Positions 1 through 10,261 are shown, numbered from the stretch's first letter. The stretch is DNA of 64,000 nt from Deltaproteobacteria bacterium (GCA_052390235.1 JBQTHB010000005.1:224001-288000); one strand, 5' to 3'. The notes: generated by a model from the letters alone, not told the origin. Program-made: numbers and translations.

Positions 1-70
1 TGTGAAACTCGATTTTGAATCCGTCCTCAATTTGAACAGCGCTGTAGTCGTTGCCGGGTTTATCTATCAT
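1..70 (-). CDS. 5' fragment of a gene running off the window (MIDKPGNDYSAVQIEDGFKIEFH...), product unknown
   Basis: AAGGAG SD shortly upstream of ATG at 70 on the minus strand; frame open to the window edge. Confidence 0.5.
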   Translation of the reverse strand, partial: MIDKPGNDYSAVQIEDGFKIEFH

Positions 71-185
71 TTCATCTCCTTGTGTATGGGATAAAATAAT
101 CACCTGCGGCGGGATGTAAAGGGGAAATAAGCGGGAAAAGTAAAAATCCCTCGCCCCTGCGTCCGCTCCGTCAAATATTCCCGAA

Positions 186-1673
186 TCACATTAAATATTG
201 GGGGTTATCATCCTGCTCAACACGAGCCGCCGCCCTTTGCGCGGGATTGGATTCGCGGTTTGCCTTTGTTATTCGGGGCGAGGCGAGGTTTGAGGCGGCA
301 GCAGAAAAACCGATGAGAAAGGCAAAATAGAGGGCATTTGACGGGATATGAAGATTAAAATCAGCGAGGCTATGAATGAGGAGCGACATCACCCCTGAGA
401 GAGAGCCGAGGAGGAGAAAGAAAGCCGGATTATTATCCGAGGACAGACGCCTCAGCGCCCTCAGGCAGAACGCGAGATATACGCCAAGCGCGAGAGCGGC
501 GCAGATAAAACCCACGATGCCTGACTCAAACAGCAGTTGAAGGTAGTCATTATGCGCCTGAGAATAGACCACAGCCTTATCCATAGCGTTTTTATAGAGC
601 GGATAAACGTAGCCAAAAGTTCCCAATCCCGTGCCGAATGCAGGGAAATCCCCTATTGCCGCAAGCGAATCCTTCCAAACCAAAAGCCGTCCGGGAGAGT
701 CCGCCTCAACCCTCAAGAATCTCTCGAAAATCGAATAAAACCCCACCCAAAACCCAAAGAGCAGAAGCACGACCAGAAAAAACACGGGCAGTAGCCCCCG
801 TCCCGGCACGCTCCTCTTGTAGCCGGAGAAGCTCAGATAGAAAAATCCCAGAGCCATGGCGCAGGCGACAATCCCCACCCTCGATTTTGAAAACAGAAGC
901 GCAAGCAACATCACGCCGACAAGCGAGGCTAGGACTATCTGCTTTTGAAAATTCTCCGAGGCAACCAATTTTTTCAGCGTCAAATCCCTCGCGCTCCAGT
1001 TCCCCATGTAGAACACGTAGCCGAGCATAAGGGGGATGCACATCTCCAGAAATCCGGCGAAGTGGTTGCGGTTTACGAAAGTCCCCGTGGCAGACACAAC
1101 GCCGACAAGCGACGCCTGGGGGACGGTTTGGGTGTTTGTCATAAAGCCGTAAATCCCGTAAATCGCCTCGTAAAAGGCCACTGCGGCAACCGCAATGAGA
1201 ACCGCCGACGCCGACGCGCGCGTATTTAGCCTCTTCGATACGACTATCCCGAAGACGATGTAGGAGGTCAGCAGAACAATCTCATTCCACGTCCCGTGGG
1301 GATAGAGGCTTATGGTGAAGAAACGGGGGGCGGGCGTGAATCCCACCTTAGCAAGCTCGGATTGGTTTTCGCGCCAGATGGCGAGACTCTCGCCGGACAG
1401 AACGCCCAATATAAAATCCGGCAGAGGCAGGATTTGAATCAATCCCACAGCGATAAGCCCTAGAAGCGGGGCGATGGTACTCGCTTTTAAATCGAGCTTT
1501 TGGCCAGTAATCATGAGCCAGACGAGCCAGAGCGCAAATAGCAAATACGCCACAAGCTCCAGCATCACCTTCGGCAGCGCCTCGACGCTCCCGTAGAGAA
1601 TCGGGGATACCACCAAGAGCGAGAGGATAAGGGCAAGAATGAGCTTATTTAGGACTTGAGGGAGCAGATTCAT
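186..1673 (-). CDS. O-antigen ligase / Wzy_C family polytopic membrane protein
   Basis: Many TM segments; GTFVNRNHFAG, SKSR, FGTGLGTF and AHNDYLQ motifs. Confidence 0.85.
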   Translation of the reverse strand: MNLLPQVLNKLILALILSLLVVSPILYGSVEALPKVMLELVAYLLFALWLVWLMITGQKLDLKASTIAPLLGLIAVGLIQILPLPDFILGVLSGESLAIWRENQSELAKVGFTPAPRFFTISLYPHGTWNEIVLLTSYIVFGIVVSKRLNTRASASAVLIAVAAVAFYEAIYGIYGFMTNTQTVPQASLVGVVSATGTFVNRNHFAGFLEMCIPLMLGYVFYMGNWSARDLTLKKLVASENFQKQIVLASLVGVMLLALLFSKSRVGIVACAMALGFFYLSFSGYKRSVPGRGLLPVFFLVVLLLFGFWVGFYSIFERFLRVEADSPGRLLVWKDSLAAIGDFPAFGTGLGTFGYVYPLYKNAMDKAVVYSQAHNDYLQLLFESGIVGFICAALALGVYLAFCLRALRRLSSDNNPAFFLLLGSLSGVMSLLIHSLADFNLHIPSNALYFAFLIGFSAAASNLASPRITKANRESNPAQRAAARVEQDDNPQYLM

Positions 1674-1728
1674 CGGGATTCACTCCATTATATATCACGG
1701 ATTCTATAGCGCGCCGTGGAAGAGCGTT

Positions 1729-2175
1729 CTATTCCAGCGGCATCTCTCGGATGAACTGATCCCAATGCTCCTCGGTGATGAGCATGATTTGCCTGCCGAA
1801 TTTTTTATAGCCGCCCTCGCCCGGGAACATCCGGTTGAATACCTCTTCGCGGATTTCGAGCCACTTATCAATCTGCGTGTAATTTGTAAATCTGACCACT
1901 ACTTTGAATGTCCAAGACGGCTTCATGCCGTGAATTCTCTCAGAGTACATCTTAATATTGCCGTCAATAACCCCGACTCTCGCCATCTCGCCCCAGAACG
2001 GATAGACCCTAGTCTTAAAGAGTTCTAGGAATTTCTCCTCGTTCTCAGGTTTCACTTTATAGTAGCTCTCTTCAATAACGACCTTATACCTGTCGGCTTC
2101 GGCGTAGGCGCTGACAGCTCCCAAAGCCGCCGTCAGGGACAGCGCAATAATGGCTGATGAAATTCTACATTTCAT
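1729..2175 (-). CDS. Secreted hypothetical protein (possible dimeric alpha-beta barrel/NIPSNAP-like fold)
   Basis: GGAGG SD; signal peptide ending AYA; fold is only a guess. Confidence 0.6.
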   Translation of the reverse strand: MKCRISSAIIALSLTAALGAVSAYAEADRYKVVIEESYYKVKPENEEKFLELFKTRVYPFWGEMARVGVIDGNIKMYSERIHGMKPSWTFKVVVRFTNYTQIDKWLEIREEVFNRMFPGEGGYKKFGRQIMLITEEHWDQFIREMPLE

Positions 2176-2200
2176 TGCTCGCTTCCTCCCGAATGAAAAT

Positions 2201-3025
2201 TTATTTCATGACGGACTTATAATACCTTTTAAGAATAAAATCCAAAACCCAGGGGGCAATAGAATTTAGCATCATCAATAGCCGAAGCGCGGGAAACGGC
2301 AGCACCTCAGCCCTCGGACGCTCGGCGCAGGCGACAATAGCCGACGCCACATGGCGGGCGGACTGGGCGAACAGATTCGGCGGCTCATACTTTTTGCCCG
2401 TCTTGTTTTTGAGAACGTCGAAAAATTCCGTCCGAGTCAGCACGGGATAGACCACGCTCACATGGATTCCCGCCGAGGCAAGCTCGACCCTGAGGGCTTC
2501 GGAAAACCCGCAAATGGCGAATTTTGTCGCGCAGTAAGCCCCAAGAAAAGGAAACCCCCTCTTTCCGGCAACCGAGGAGAGATTTATTATATGCCCTCCG
2601 CCCCGCGCCTTCATGAGCGGAATTACGGCTTTTGAGGCGTTGAAAATCCCCATGAGATTTACGTTGAGAATCTCGCGCATATCCTCGTAGGAGGTCTGTT
2701 CGATAGTGGCAAACTGCCCGAACCCCGCGTTATTGACGAGAATATCCACCCCGCCGAACTCATCTGCCGCTCTTAGAATCATCGAATCCACGGCCGAGGC
2801 GTCGGACACATCTAGGGAAGCAACCATCGCCTCTGCTCCGCGAAGGGAAATCTCTTGGGCAAGCTCGCGGAGTTTATCCTCCCTCCTTGCGGCGAGGACG
2901 ATTTTTGCCCGCTTCTCGGCGAAGAGCAAAGCCGCCTCCCTGCCAATCCCGCTTGATGCGCCGGTTATGACGACTACTCTATCCTCTACTTTCTTTCCCA
3001 TGCCAGTTCCCTTGATAAGTCCCAA
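2201..3025 (-). CDS. Short-chain dehydrogenase/reductase (start may be 3001)
   Basis: TGASSGIG, NNAG and YCATK motifs. Confidence 0.92.
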   Translation of the reverse strand: MGLIKGTGMGKKVEDRVVVITGASSGIGREAALLFAEKRAKIVLAARREDKLRELAQEISLRGAEAMVASLDVSDASAVDSMILRAADEFGGVDILVNNAGFGQFATIEQTSYEDMREILNVNLMGIFNASKAVIPLMKARGGGHIINLSSVAGKRGFPFLGAYCATKFAICGFSEALRVELASAGIHVSVVYPVLTRTEFFDVLKNKTGKKYEPPNLFAQSARHVASAIVACAERPRAEVLPFPALRLLMMLNSIAPWVLDFILKRYYKSVMK

Positions 3026-3213
3026 AAATTTAACGCGCCGCCCCCGCCCGATGAAAACAATTATAGAACAGAGAGCGCTTTTAAATAAGCCGCGCGGAGA
3101 GGGAGAATTAGCCGCTGTTGATTTTAAACTATATGTATGGAAAACTTAAGCCGGAACTTTGGCACAGATTCAATCGAGCCGCCATTAAATTTCTTACACA
3201 GGACAGATAGGTT

Positions 3214-3990
3214 ATGATGACAAATTGGATGCACTTTGTTATGCAGGTAGCCGAAACCGCGGAGGTTGCGGCAAAGCAGGTCAATGTCTCAACCCTCGTT
3301 TCAGACGCGGGCCCAGTGGTAAAGGTGGTTCTCCTCATGCTCGTTTTGATGTCGGTAGTATCGTGGATGATAATTTTCTCCAAATTTTTCATACTGAGCA
3401 GGGCTGAGAAACACTCGGACAAATTCCTAGATTCTTACCAACTGAGCGGCAATTTTGGCAGCCTATTCAGCTCGACAAAGACCCTAAGCGGCCCTGTAGC
3501 AGAGACGTTCAGAGCCGGATACAAAGAGCTTGCGAAGGTTAAAAAATCGAAATCCCCAGCGGCGACATTGAAAACAGAGACCGAGGCTTCGGGCGCGGAA
3601 ATCCCAACGGCTGAGGTCGGCGTGGGGGAACTGGTCGAGAGGGCGATGAAGCGGACTATGTCCTCCGAGATTTCGAGGCTCGAGGGTTCGCTCATATTTC
3701 TCGCTACGACGGGAAGCGCCGCCCCGTTTATCGGGCTATTCGGCACGGTGTGGGGGATTATGACGTCCTTCATCGGACTGTCCAGCCAGCTGGGGGTACC
3801 GACCCTTCAAGCCGTAGCTCCGGGCATAGCCGAGGCGCTCATTGCAACGGCAGTGGGGCTTGCCGCCGCAATACCGGCCGTCGTGGCGTATAACTACTTC
3901 ATCAACCGCGTAAAACGGATAGCCGTGGAGACCGAAAATTTCTCATCGGACTTCCTAAACATAGTTGACAGATACATAGCGGGGATATAG
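3214..3990 (+). CDS. tolQ: TolQ (MotA/TolQ/ExbB proton channel)
   Basis: LATTGSAAPFIGLFGTVWGIM and VAPGIAEALIATA motifs. Confidence 0.92.
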   Translation: MMTNWMHFVMQVAETAEVAAKQVNVSTLVSDAGPVVKVVLLMLVLMSVVSWMIIFSKFFILSRAEKHSDKFLDSYQLSGNFGSLFSSTKTLSGPVAETFRAGYKELAKVKKSKSPAATLKTETEASGAEIPTAEVGVGELVERAMKRTMSSEISRLEGSLIFLATTGSAAPFIGLFGTVWGIMTSFIGLSSQLGVPTLQAVAPGIAEALIATAVGLAAAIPAVVAYNYFINRVKRIAVETENFSSDFLNIVDRYIAGI

Positions 3991-3994
3991 GGCA

Positions 3995-4462
3995 ATGGGA
4001 GCAAACCTCAGAAATAGCGGCGGCGCAAATAATAGCTACACAGTGCTTTCAGAAATCAACGTTACCCCTTTTGTTGACGTGATGCTAGTGCTTCTCGTGA
4101 TATTTATGGTTACCGCGCCGATACTCTATCAAGGCGTGGACGTAAATCTCCCCAAAGTGGAATCGAAGCCTCTGCCCGCGATAGAGAAGGAAAAAAAGAT
4201 ACTGGTTACCATGAACTCCGGCGGCGAGATATTCATCGAGAAGAAGCAATACGACATCTCAGAAATCAAGCTGGAGATTCGCTCCCTCATCCTAGACAAG
4301 GGGAAACAGTTGGATGAAGAGGACGTATTTCTCAGAGCCGATGCAAGCGTTCCCTACGGCAGAGTGGTAGAGGTCATGGGGGAAATTAAAAAAGCCGGCG
4401 TCAAGAAACTTGGGCTTGTAACCGAGCCGCCGCCGATAAATAAATCATCCAAAAATAGGTAA
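3995..4462 (+). CDS. tolR: TolR (ExbD/TolR family)
   Basis: SEINVTPFVDVMLVLLVIFMVTAP; LRAD..VPYG. Confidence 0.92.
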   Translation: MGANLRNSGGANNSYTVLSEINVTPFVDVMLVLLVIFMVTAPILYQGVDVNLPKVESKPLPAIEKEKKILVTMNSGGEIFIEKKQYDISEIKLEIRSLILDKGKQLDEEDVFLRADASVPYGRVVEVMGEIKKAGVKKLGLVTEPPPINKSSKNR

Positions 4463-4463
4463 A

Positions 4464-5414
4464 ATGGGAGTTTTTAAGAACGGAGACCCGAAAAATTCAA
4501 ACTGGCGCGTGGGTGCGGCGTTTTCCCTCATCCTGCACGGTATCATACTGTTCCTGGCCCTTTTCTCAGGATTCGGCTCGTCCGAGGATTTAGGGGGCGC
4601 GCCTGCTCCCGAAGGGCTTATCGAGGGGAGGCTGGTTTCGCTCTCAGAGCTTGAGGGACTAAGAGGCGGCAATAACCCCGGCGATAGCGTCTCGAATCCG
4701 CCTAAAGAGGATATTAAGAGAGAAGAGCCGCAAGAGCCTGTGAAAATCTCCGAGCCGGAGAAAAAAATCCCTCCTCCAAAAGAGAAAACCGAGGTTCAAA
4801 AGGTCGAAGAGCCTAAACCCAAGGAAAAAGCCGTCGTCCTAGAGACCGAGAGGGAAAAGAAAAAAGAGAAGCAAACCGCCAAAACCGAACTGTCCCCCAA
4901 ACCCTCAGAGACGAATCCCTCGGATTCCGCAAAATCTAAGCAACAAGTCCTAGAGCAAATGCAGAAAAACGTCTCTGACAAACAGCGGCAGGGCATAATT
5001 GACGAGCTTCGGAGCAGGAATGTAGCCGAGGCCGACTCCACCGAGAGCGGAAACGGCGGCTCTCAGGGAGGAGGCGGATTCGCGGGGGGCAAATCCTCAG
5101 GCGGCGCATCGAGAGGCACAATTGCATCGCTTTTCGTAAACCGCCTCAGCGCCGAGATTCGCCGCAGGTGGGAAATCCCCCCCAATATCCCGACCGACGG
5201 AAGCCTCAGAACAGTCGTCGTGTTCAAGATGGACGTTCAGGGAAACGTCTATGATATTCGCGTCGAGGAAGCTTCCCGAAACCCGCTTTTCGACGATTTC
5301 TGCGTGAGAGCCATACGCAAAGCGGCTCCCCTGAAAACGCCCGTGCCAGCAGAGCTACTGGAGGAGGCGAGAAACGAGGGGATACAGGTATCTTTCAGGA
5401 ACACGGACTTCTAG
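4464..5414 (+). CDS. tolA: TolA/TonB-family energy transducer
   Basis: N-terminal TM helix with SxxxH (SLILH), Lys/Glu/Pro-rich linker, TonB/TolA C-terminal domain; follows tolQR. Confidence 0.8.
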   Translation: MGVFKNGDPKNSNWRVGAAFSLILHGIILFLALFSGFGSSEDLGGAPAPEGLIEGRLVSLSELEGLRGGNNPGDSVSNPPKEDIKREEPQEPVKISEPEKKIPPPKEKTEVQKVEEPKPKEKAVVLETEREKKKEKQTAKTELSPKPSETNPSDSAKSKQQVLEQMQKNVSDKQRQGIIDELRSRNVAEADSTESGNGGSQGGGGFAGGKSSGGASRGTIASLFVNRLSAEIRRRWEIPPNIPTDGSLRTVVVFKMDVQGNVYDIRVEEASRNPLFDDFCVRAIRKAAPLKTPVPAELLEEARNEGIQVSFRNTDF

Positions 5415-5557
5415 TTCCGCCTCCCGTTACACTCTAATGCTTTTATTAGGGGCATCCACCCCTATTCAATATCCTTGCTAGAGACCAGAGGTGATGACAG
5501 CGGATGCGCTAGATTGATTCGCCTGCGCCGCTCGCTATACTCCCGCATCCCGAATAG

Positions 5558-6241
5558 CTACAGTAGCTTATTCTCGGTAAAGCTGAAGTACCCGCCCTTG
5601 GCAACAATTATATGGTCCAGCACTTTGATGTCGAGCGGTTGGGCGGCTTTGGCGATGGTGCTGGTCAGGCGCTTGTCCTGCTCGGAGGGTTCGATGCTTC
5701 CGCTTGGGTGATTATGGACGAGAATCACCCCGGTTGCGCGGTGGGAAAGGGCCGCCTCAACAATCCTACGCGGATATACTACGACGTGGTCAACAGTCCC
5801 CTCCTGAAGCGTTTCATAGTGAATAACCTCATTTTTCACGTTGAGATAAACGACCATAAACGCCTCGTGAGCGAGCGCGGCAAGCCTCATTCGGGCAAAA
5901 TCCGCAACCAGCCGCGGCGAGGTGAGGGCATCACCCCCGTTTCTCATCCTATGCTCAAGGTACGCCCCGCATAGCCCCTTCACGAGGGCAATAAGCGTCG
6001 CCGATGCCTCTCCAAGCCCTTCAATCAGCTCAAGCTCGTTCGGGTCTGCGTCCAGCACCCCGGCGACTCCCCCGTAGCGCTTAAAGAGGGTCTTAGCCAC
6101 GGGCTTTACGTCCCTTCTTGGAACGGCGTATGTGATGAGGAGTTCGAGGAGTTCATAGTCGGCAAGCCCCGACGCTCCGCTTCTGCGGTAGCGTTCTCTG
6201 AGGCGTTTTCGATGCTCAATATAATCCGGCTTATCGGGCAT
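5558..6241 (-). CDS. radC: RadC family JAB-domain protein
   Basis: HRKRLRERY, ELLELL, HhH, HNHPSG and LDHII motifs; start moved to ATG 6241 (GGAG SD). Confidence 0.92.
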   Translation of the reverse strand: MPDKPDYIEHRKRLRERYRRSGASGLADYELLELLITYAVPRRDVKPVAKTLFKRYGGVAGVLDADPNELELIEGLGEASATLIALVKGLCGAYLEHRMRNGGDALTSPRLVADFARMRLAALAHEAFMVVYLNVKNEVIHYETLQEGTVDHVVVYPRRIVEAALSHRATGVILVHNHPSGSIEPSEQDKRLTSTIAKAAQPLDIKVLDHIIVAKGGYFSFTENKLL

Positions 6242-6331
6242 TGATTCTCCAGTTGATAATTCAAATTTCACTCCTGCTGGCGGCCTGCCTATAAATATCG
6301 CAGATTCCACAATCAGCCGCCGATAACCTCA

Positions 6332-7708
6332 TCATCCAAACACGAGGAAATAGACGAGTCCCGCGGCGGCGCTGGCGGCTAGGGTTTTAATCATCCCGGC
6401 TTTATAGCGGAGAATTGCTATAAAAGCACCGGCGGCGAGAATCAAAGAGGCCACATCGAGAGTCCCCCAAACGGGAGCGTAAAAGCGCATCCCCAGGGCG
6501 CGGATTTCATTCACTTCGCCAAACACTGTGTGCAGAGAAAACCATACGGCGAGGTTCAAAATCACCCCCACCACTGCGGCGGTTATCGCCGAGAGGGCAG
6601 AACTCAGACGCTTATTCCCTCTGAGGTTTTCAATATAGGGCGCGCCTAGAAAAATCCACAGAAAACACGGCACAAAAGTTACCCAAACCGTTATGAGCGA
6701 GCCGATAACCCCAGCCCACACAGGGTCAAGCCCCCCCGGATTTCTATACGCCCCCATAAACCCCACAAACTGCACGACCATAATTAGGGGGCCCGGCGTG
6801 GTCTCTGCCATCCCCAAGCCGTCTAGCATCTCCGCAGGCCTCAGCCACCCATAGACCCCGACAGCCTGCTGCGCAATATAGGCAAGCACCGCGTAAGCGC
6901 CTCCGAAAGTAACCATAGCCGTCTTGCTGAAGAACACCCCCTCGACCACATAGATGCTTGCCGCCCCGAACGCAAGCGCCAGTACCCCAAGGGGCAGAAA
7001 CCAAAGCGCGAGGCAAACCCCCAGGATGCGGATTGAACGGGAAAGCGTCGGCTTGGTGTGCTGCGGGAATGTATCCGAGATAACGAACTCCCCGCCTCCA
7101 GTGCCGGATTTGGCTTGATGCGCTCGAATTACGTGGAATTTGTCCTCGCGGTATTTCCCTCCGAAATAGCCCAAAATCCCCGCCGAAAGCACTATTGCCG
7201 GGAATGGGGCGTTGAATAGGAATATCGCAACGAACGCGGCGGCGGCAATAGCCATCATGACGTTGTTTTTGAGAGCGCGCCCGCCGATGCGAAAAACGGC
7301 CTCTGCGACAACCGCCATCACCGCGGGTTTTAATCCGAAGAACAGAGCCTGCACGAAACTCGCCTCCCGATAGACGGCGTAAACTACGCTCAGCGCAAGT
7401 ATCGAGGCGAAGCCCGGAAGCACGAACAAAACCCCTGCCGCAATGCCGCCCCTGGTTTTATGTAGAAGCCAGCCGATGTAGATTGCGAGTTGCTGCGCCT
7501 CAGGGCCGGGAAGGAGCATACAGTAATTGAGGGCGTGGAGAAACCGCTCCTCGCTAATCCAGCGCTTCTCTTCAATGAGTATGCGGTGCATAGTGGCGAT
7601 TTGTCCGGCCGGCCCTCCGAAGCTGAGGAGAGCGACTTTAATCCATACCCGCAGGGCTTCTCTAAACGTAATGGGGTGTTCGGTTGAGGAGGTACTCGCG
7701 CCGCTCAT
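6332..7708 (-). CDS. chrA: Chromate efflux transporter (CHR family)
   Basis: SFGGPAGQIA, LPGPEAQQ, TFGGAYAVL and ETTPGP duplicated CHR motifs. Confidence 0.93.
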   Translation of the reverse strand: MSGASTSSTEHPITFREALRVWIKVALLSFGGPAGQIATMHRILIEEKRWISEERFLHALNYCMLLPGPEAQQLAIYIGWLLHKTRGGIAAGVLFVLPGFASILALSVVYAVYREASFVQALFFGLKPAVMAVVAEAVFRIGGRALKNNVMMAIAAAAFVAIFLFNAPFPAIVLSAGILGYFGGKYREDKFHVIRAHQAKSGTGGGEFVISDTFPQHTKPTLSRSIRILGVCLALWFLPLGVLALAFGAASIYVVEGVFFSKTAMVTFGGAYAVLAYIAQQAVGVYGWLRPAEMLDGLGMAETTPGPLIMVVQFVGFMGAYRNPGGLDPVWAGVIGSLITVWVTFVPCFLWIFLGAPYIENLRGNKRLSSALSAITAAVVGVILNLAVWFSLHTVFGEVNEIRALGMRFYAPVWGTLDVASLILAAGAFIAILRYKAGMIKTLAASAAAGLVYFLVFG

Positions 7709-7766
7709 AGATTTTTGCTCTCCCTCGTGCCAGTGAATTTACGCAGGTGTGGTAGTATAAACCGAA

Positions 7767-9170
7767 ATGGCTCAAATTTCTCTGGCTGACGAGAAGACCA
7801 TCGCCGCCCTCGCAACCCCTGCCGGCAGAGGCGGAATTGCCGTTATAAGAATGAGCGGCAGGGAGTCGCACTCAATCTTGGCGAGGGTGTTTAGGAGAAA
7901 GGACGGGGGCGAAGCCGGCGCAATGGAGTCCCGCAGGCTCTACTATGGGGCGATTTTCGACTCGGTATCGGGAAGGACTATAGACGACGTTCTTGCGGTC
8001 ATAATGAAATCTCCGCGCTCCTACACGGGCGAGGACGTAGCGGAGATTCACTCTCACGGGGGGATTCTAGCCCCGAACCGGATTCTTGAGCTTCTGTTCA
8101 GGGAGGGGACAAGACCGGCATCGCCCGGAGAGTTTACGCTTCGGGCATATCTGAGCGGCAGGATTGACCTCGCCCAAGCCGAAGCCGTGGCGGATGTTAT
8201 CAGCTCAGAGACCGACGACGCTCTTAAAAATGCCCGACTTCAGCTCGAAGGGGCGCTGTCTGAGAAAATCAGGGAGTGCAAAGAGGGCGTAATAGATATT
8301 TTGGCGGAGGTCGAGGCGCGGGTGGATTTCCCCGAAGAGGGTATTGACCCGATAGCCCTTGAATATCTCGTAAGGAAAACCCGGGAGGTCATTGGGGAAT
8401 CCGATAAACTCATTGCGGGGTACGAACACGGGCGAATAATTAAGCGCGGCGTCTCGGCGGCAATCATCGGAAAGCCGAACGTCGGCAAATCGAGCCTGCT
8501 AAATCAGCTCCTCAACCGAGAGAGGGCAATTGTCAGCCCCGTTCCCGGCACAACCAGGGATTTCATTGAAGAGCCGGTTGAAGTGAGAGGAATCCCACTT
8601 AGGCTCGTTGACACGGCGGGAGTAAGGGCAACGGCGGATGACATCGAGCGGACGGGCGTTCTGATAGCAAAACAGAAAGCAGAGGAGGCGGAATTAATCA
8701 TAGCCGTAGTGGATGCTAGGGGCGGATTGGACGGGGACGACCGCGAGGTTTTAGAGGGCATCGAGCTGGATAAGGCGATTTTGGCAATTAATAAATGCGA
8801 CCTCGGCGGGGAGGTATCTGAGGGGGAGATTAGCCGATATTTCCCGAAGGAGAGGGTTGTGAGGGTGTCGGCGAAAACCGGAGCGGGGATTGAAGAGCTA
8901 AAGGACAGGATTTACGATGCTCTGCTCGGAGGGAGGAAACCGCAGACCACAGAGGGAGCGGTTATATCCGAGCTTAGGCATAAGTCGGCAATTGAGCGCG
9001 CCAAAGAGGGCATGATTTCGTTTCTCGAGCGTCTGGACAAAGGGCAGTCGCCTGAGTTTTTGGCGGTGGATTTGAGGGCGGTTTTAGATGATTTCGGCGA
9101 AATTACAGGAGAAATCACGACCGAGGACATTCTCGGAAGAATTTTCAGCAAATTTTGTGTAGGAAAATAA
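7767..9170 (+). CDS. mnmE: tRNA modification GTPase MnmE (TrmE)
   Basis: TIAALAT, SYTGED, GKPNVGKS, GTTRD, DTAG, NKCD and C-terminal FCVGK. Confidence 0.97.
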   Translation: MAQISLADEKTIAALATPAGRGGIAVIRMSGRESHSILARVFRRKDGGEAGAMESRRLYYGAIFDSVSGRTIDDVLAVIMKSPRSYTGEDVAEIHSHGGILAPNRILELLFREGTRPASPGEFTLRAYLSGRIDLAQAEAVADVISSETDDALKNARLQLEGALSEKIRECKEGVIDILAEVEARVDFPEEGIDPIALEYLVRKTREVIGESDKLIAGYEHGRIIKRGVSAAIIGKPNVGKSSLLNQLLNRERAIVSPVPGTTRDFIEEPVEVRGIPLRLVDTAGVRATADDIERTGVLIAKQKAEEAELIIAVVDARGGLDGDDREVLEGIELDKAILAINKCDLGGEVSEGEISRYFPKERVVRVSAKTGAGIEELKDRIYDALLGGRKPQTTEGAVISELRHKSAIERAKEGMISFLERLDKGQSPEFLAVDLRAVLDDFGEITGEITTEDILGRIFSKFCVGK

Positions 9171-9183
9171 GGCACTTACAGCG

Positions 9184-9199
9184 AGTTTCACGTGAAACA
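9184..9199. promoter_or_regulatory. parS centromere site (ParB-binding)
   Basis: AGTTTCACGTGAAACA, 15/16 match to consensus TGTTTCACGTGAAACA. Confidence 0.88.
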
Positions 9200-9208
9200 T
9201 CCACAGGC

Positions 9209-9338
9209 TGTGGATAACGTTATCCACAGGTGTTGATAACTTTTGAAAAATAATTTTCAATAATCTAAGCTAGTTACAGCTCACCGAACTCCTGCCCAAA
9301 AAAGTTATCCACAATTCATCCACAGGGGGTGTTTATAA
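9209..9338. promoter_or_regulatory. Satellite DnaA-box cluster
   Basis: Perfect boxes at 9209-9217 (TGTGGATAA), 9220-9228 and 9305-9313 (TTATCCACA); near-consensus boxes at 9231-9239, 9316-9324 and 9330-9338. Confidence 0.88.
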
Positions 9339-9442
9339 CCAGCCAAAGCGGGCTTCTAGCGCGCAAAATCGCTGTAAATTCAATTTATTCGGACTCGATG
9401 GGTGGGATGCTGCGCGCCGGCGCGGCGGGGTTTGATTCCCCT

Positions 9443-10261
9443 CTAAAGCCACTCAAGCCGCCGAAATAGCGCGTCCCGAATAGCCAGAAACTCAGCACCG
9501 GAATCGCCGAATTTAACGCCGTCAATCTCGGATACGGCTTGGACTCCGACAAGAGAATTGCTGATAAAAGCCCCGCCGGAGGTAGCGACGCTTGCCTCTG
9601 TAAACCGCCCTTGGCAGACCTCGATTCCTAATCCGCCTGCAATCTCAATCACCGCGCCCCGCGTAATCCCCGGAAGAATTCCACACTCCGTCGAGGGGGT
9701 GTGGAGTTTGCCGCCACTCAGCCAGAAGATATTGCTCGCGCTCCCCTCGGCAACCTCTCCGCGTTCGTTGAGAAATATCGCCTCGTCCGCCCCGCGCCGG
9801 ACTGCCTCCCTCTTTGCAAGCACGCTCTCTAGGTAATTGAGAGATTTAATCCGGGCTATGGGAGATGCCGAACTACGCCTTATGGAATAGCTCAAGGCTC
9901 GGATTGTCGTGGGGCGGGCGGAGTAGGGTTTCACGGATACGAGAATCGAGGATGATTCGGGATATTCCGCAAATGCGGTATCTCCCTGCGCGAGGAGGCA
10001 GATTTTCACAGTTGCGTCAGGGATGCGGGAACCGAGGACGGCGGCTTCGAGGGCTTCTTTAATTTCAGTCTCGCCGGGAAAGGAAATCCCTAAAACCCCA
10101 GCCCCATGCCTCATCCGCTCGACGTGGCGCATCCACAAAATGGGAAAGCCACGCCTCCAGCGGAAGGTCTCAAACACCCCCTCGCCGAAGAAAAGAGAAC
10201 GGAGGGGCGGCAAATCCTCTCGGTTGACAGCCCTGCCTTTCAGGAAAATAAATTCACTCAT
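9443..10261 (-). CDS. Class IV PLP aminotransferase (aminodeoxychorismate lyase / IlvE-like)
   Basis: GEGVFET, KSLNY, EGSASNIF and GILPGITR; start uncertain (10261 or 10306). Confidence 0.88.
   Translation of the reverse strand: MSEFIFLKGRAVNREDLPPLRSLFFGEGVFETFRWRRGFPILWMRHVERMRHGAGVLGISFPGETEIKEALEAAVLGSRIPDATVKICLLAQGDTAFAEYPESSSILVSVKPYSARPTTIRALSYSIRRSSASPIARIKSLNYLESVLAKREAVRRGADEAIFLNERGEVAEGSASNIFWLSGGKLHTPSTECGILPGITRGAVIEIAGGLGIEVCQGRFTEASVATSGGAFISNSLVGVQAVSEIDGVKFGDSGAEFLAIRDALFRRLEWL

Noticed and set aside
5558..7708. radC-chrA as part of a mobile element
   Set aside because: RadC is the full-length chromosomal type, and no transposase, integrase or boundary repeats are visible.
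9209..9338. The mnmE-downstream box cluster as the primary oriC
   Set aside because: It lacks DnaA-trios and an extended unwinding element, both of which are present between dnaA and dnaN.
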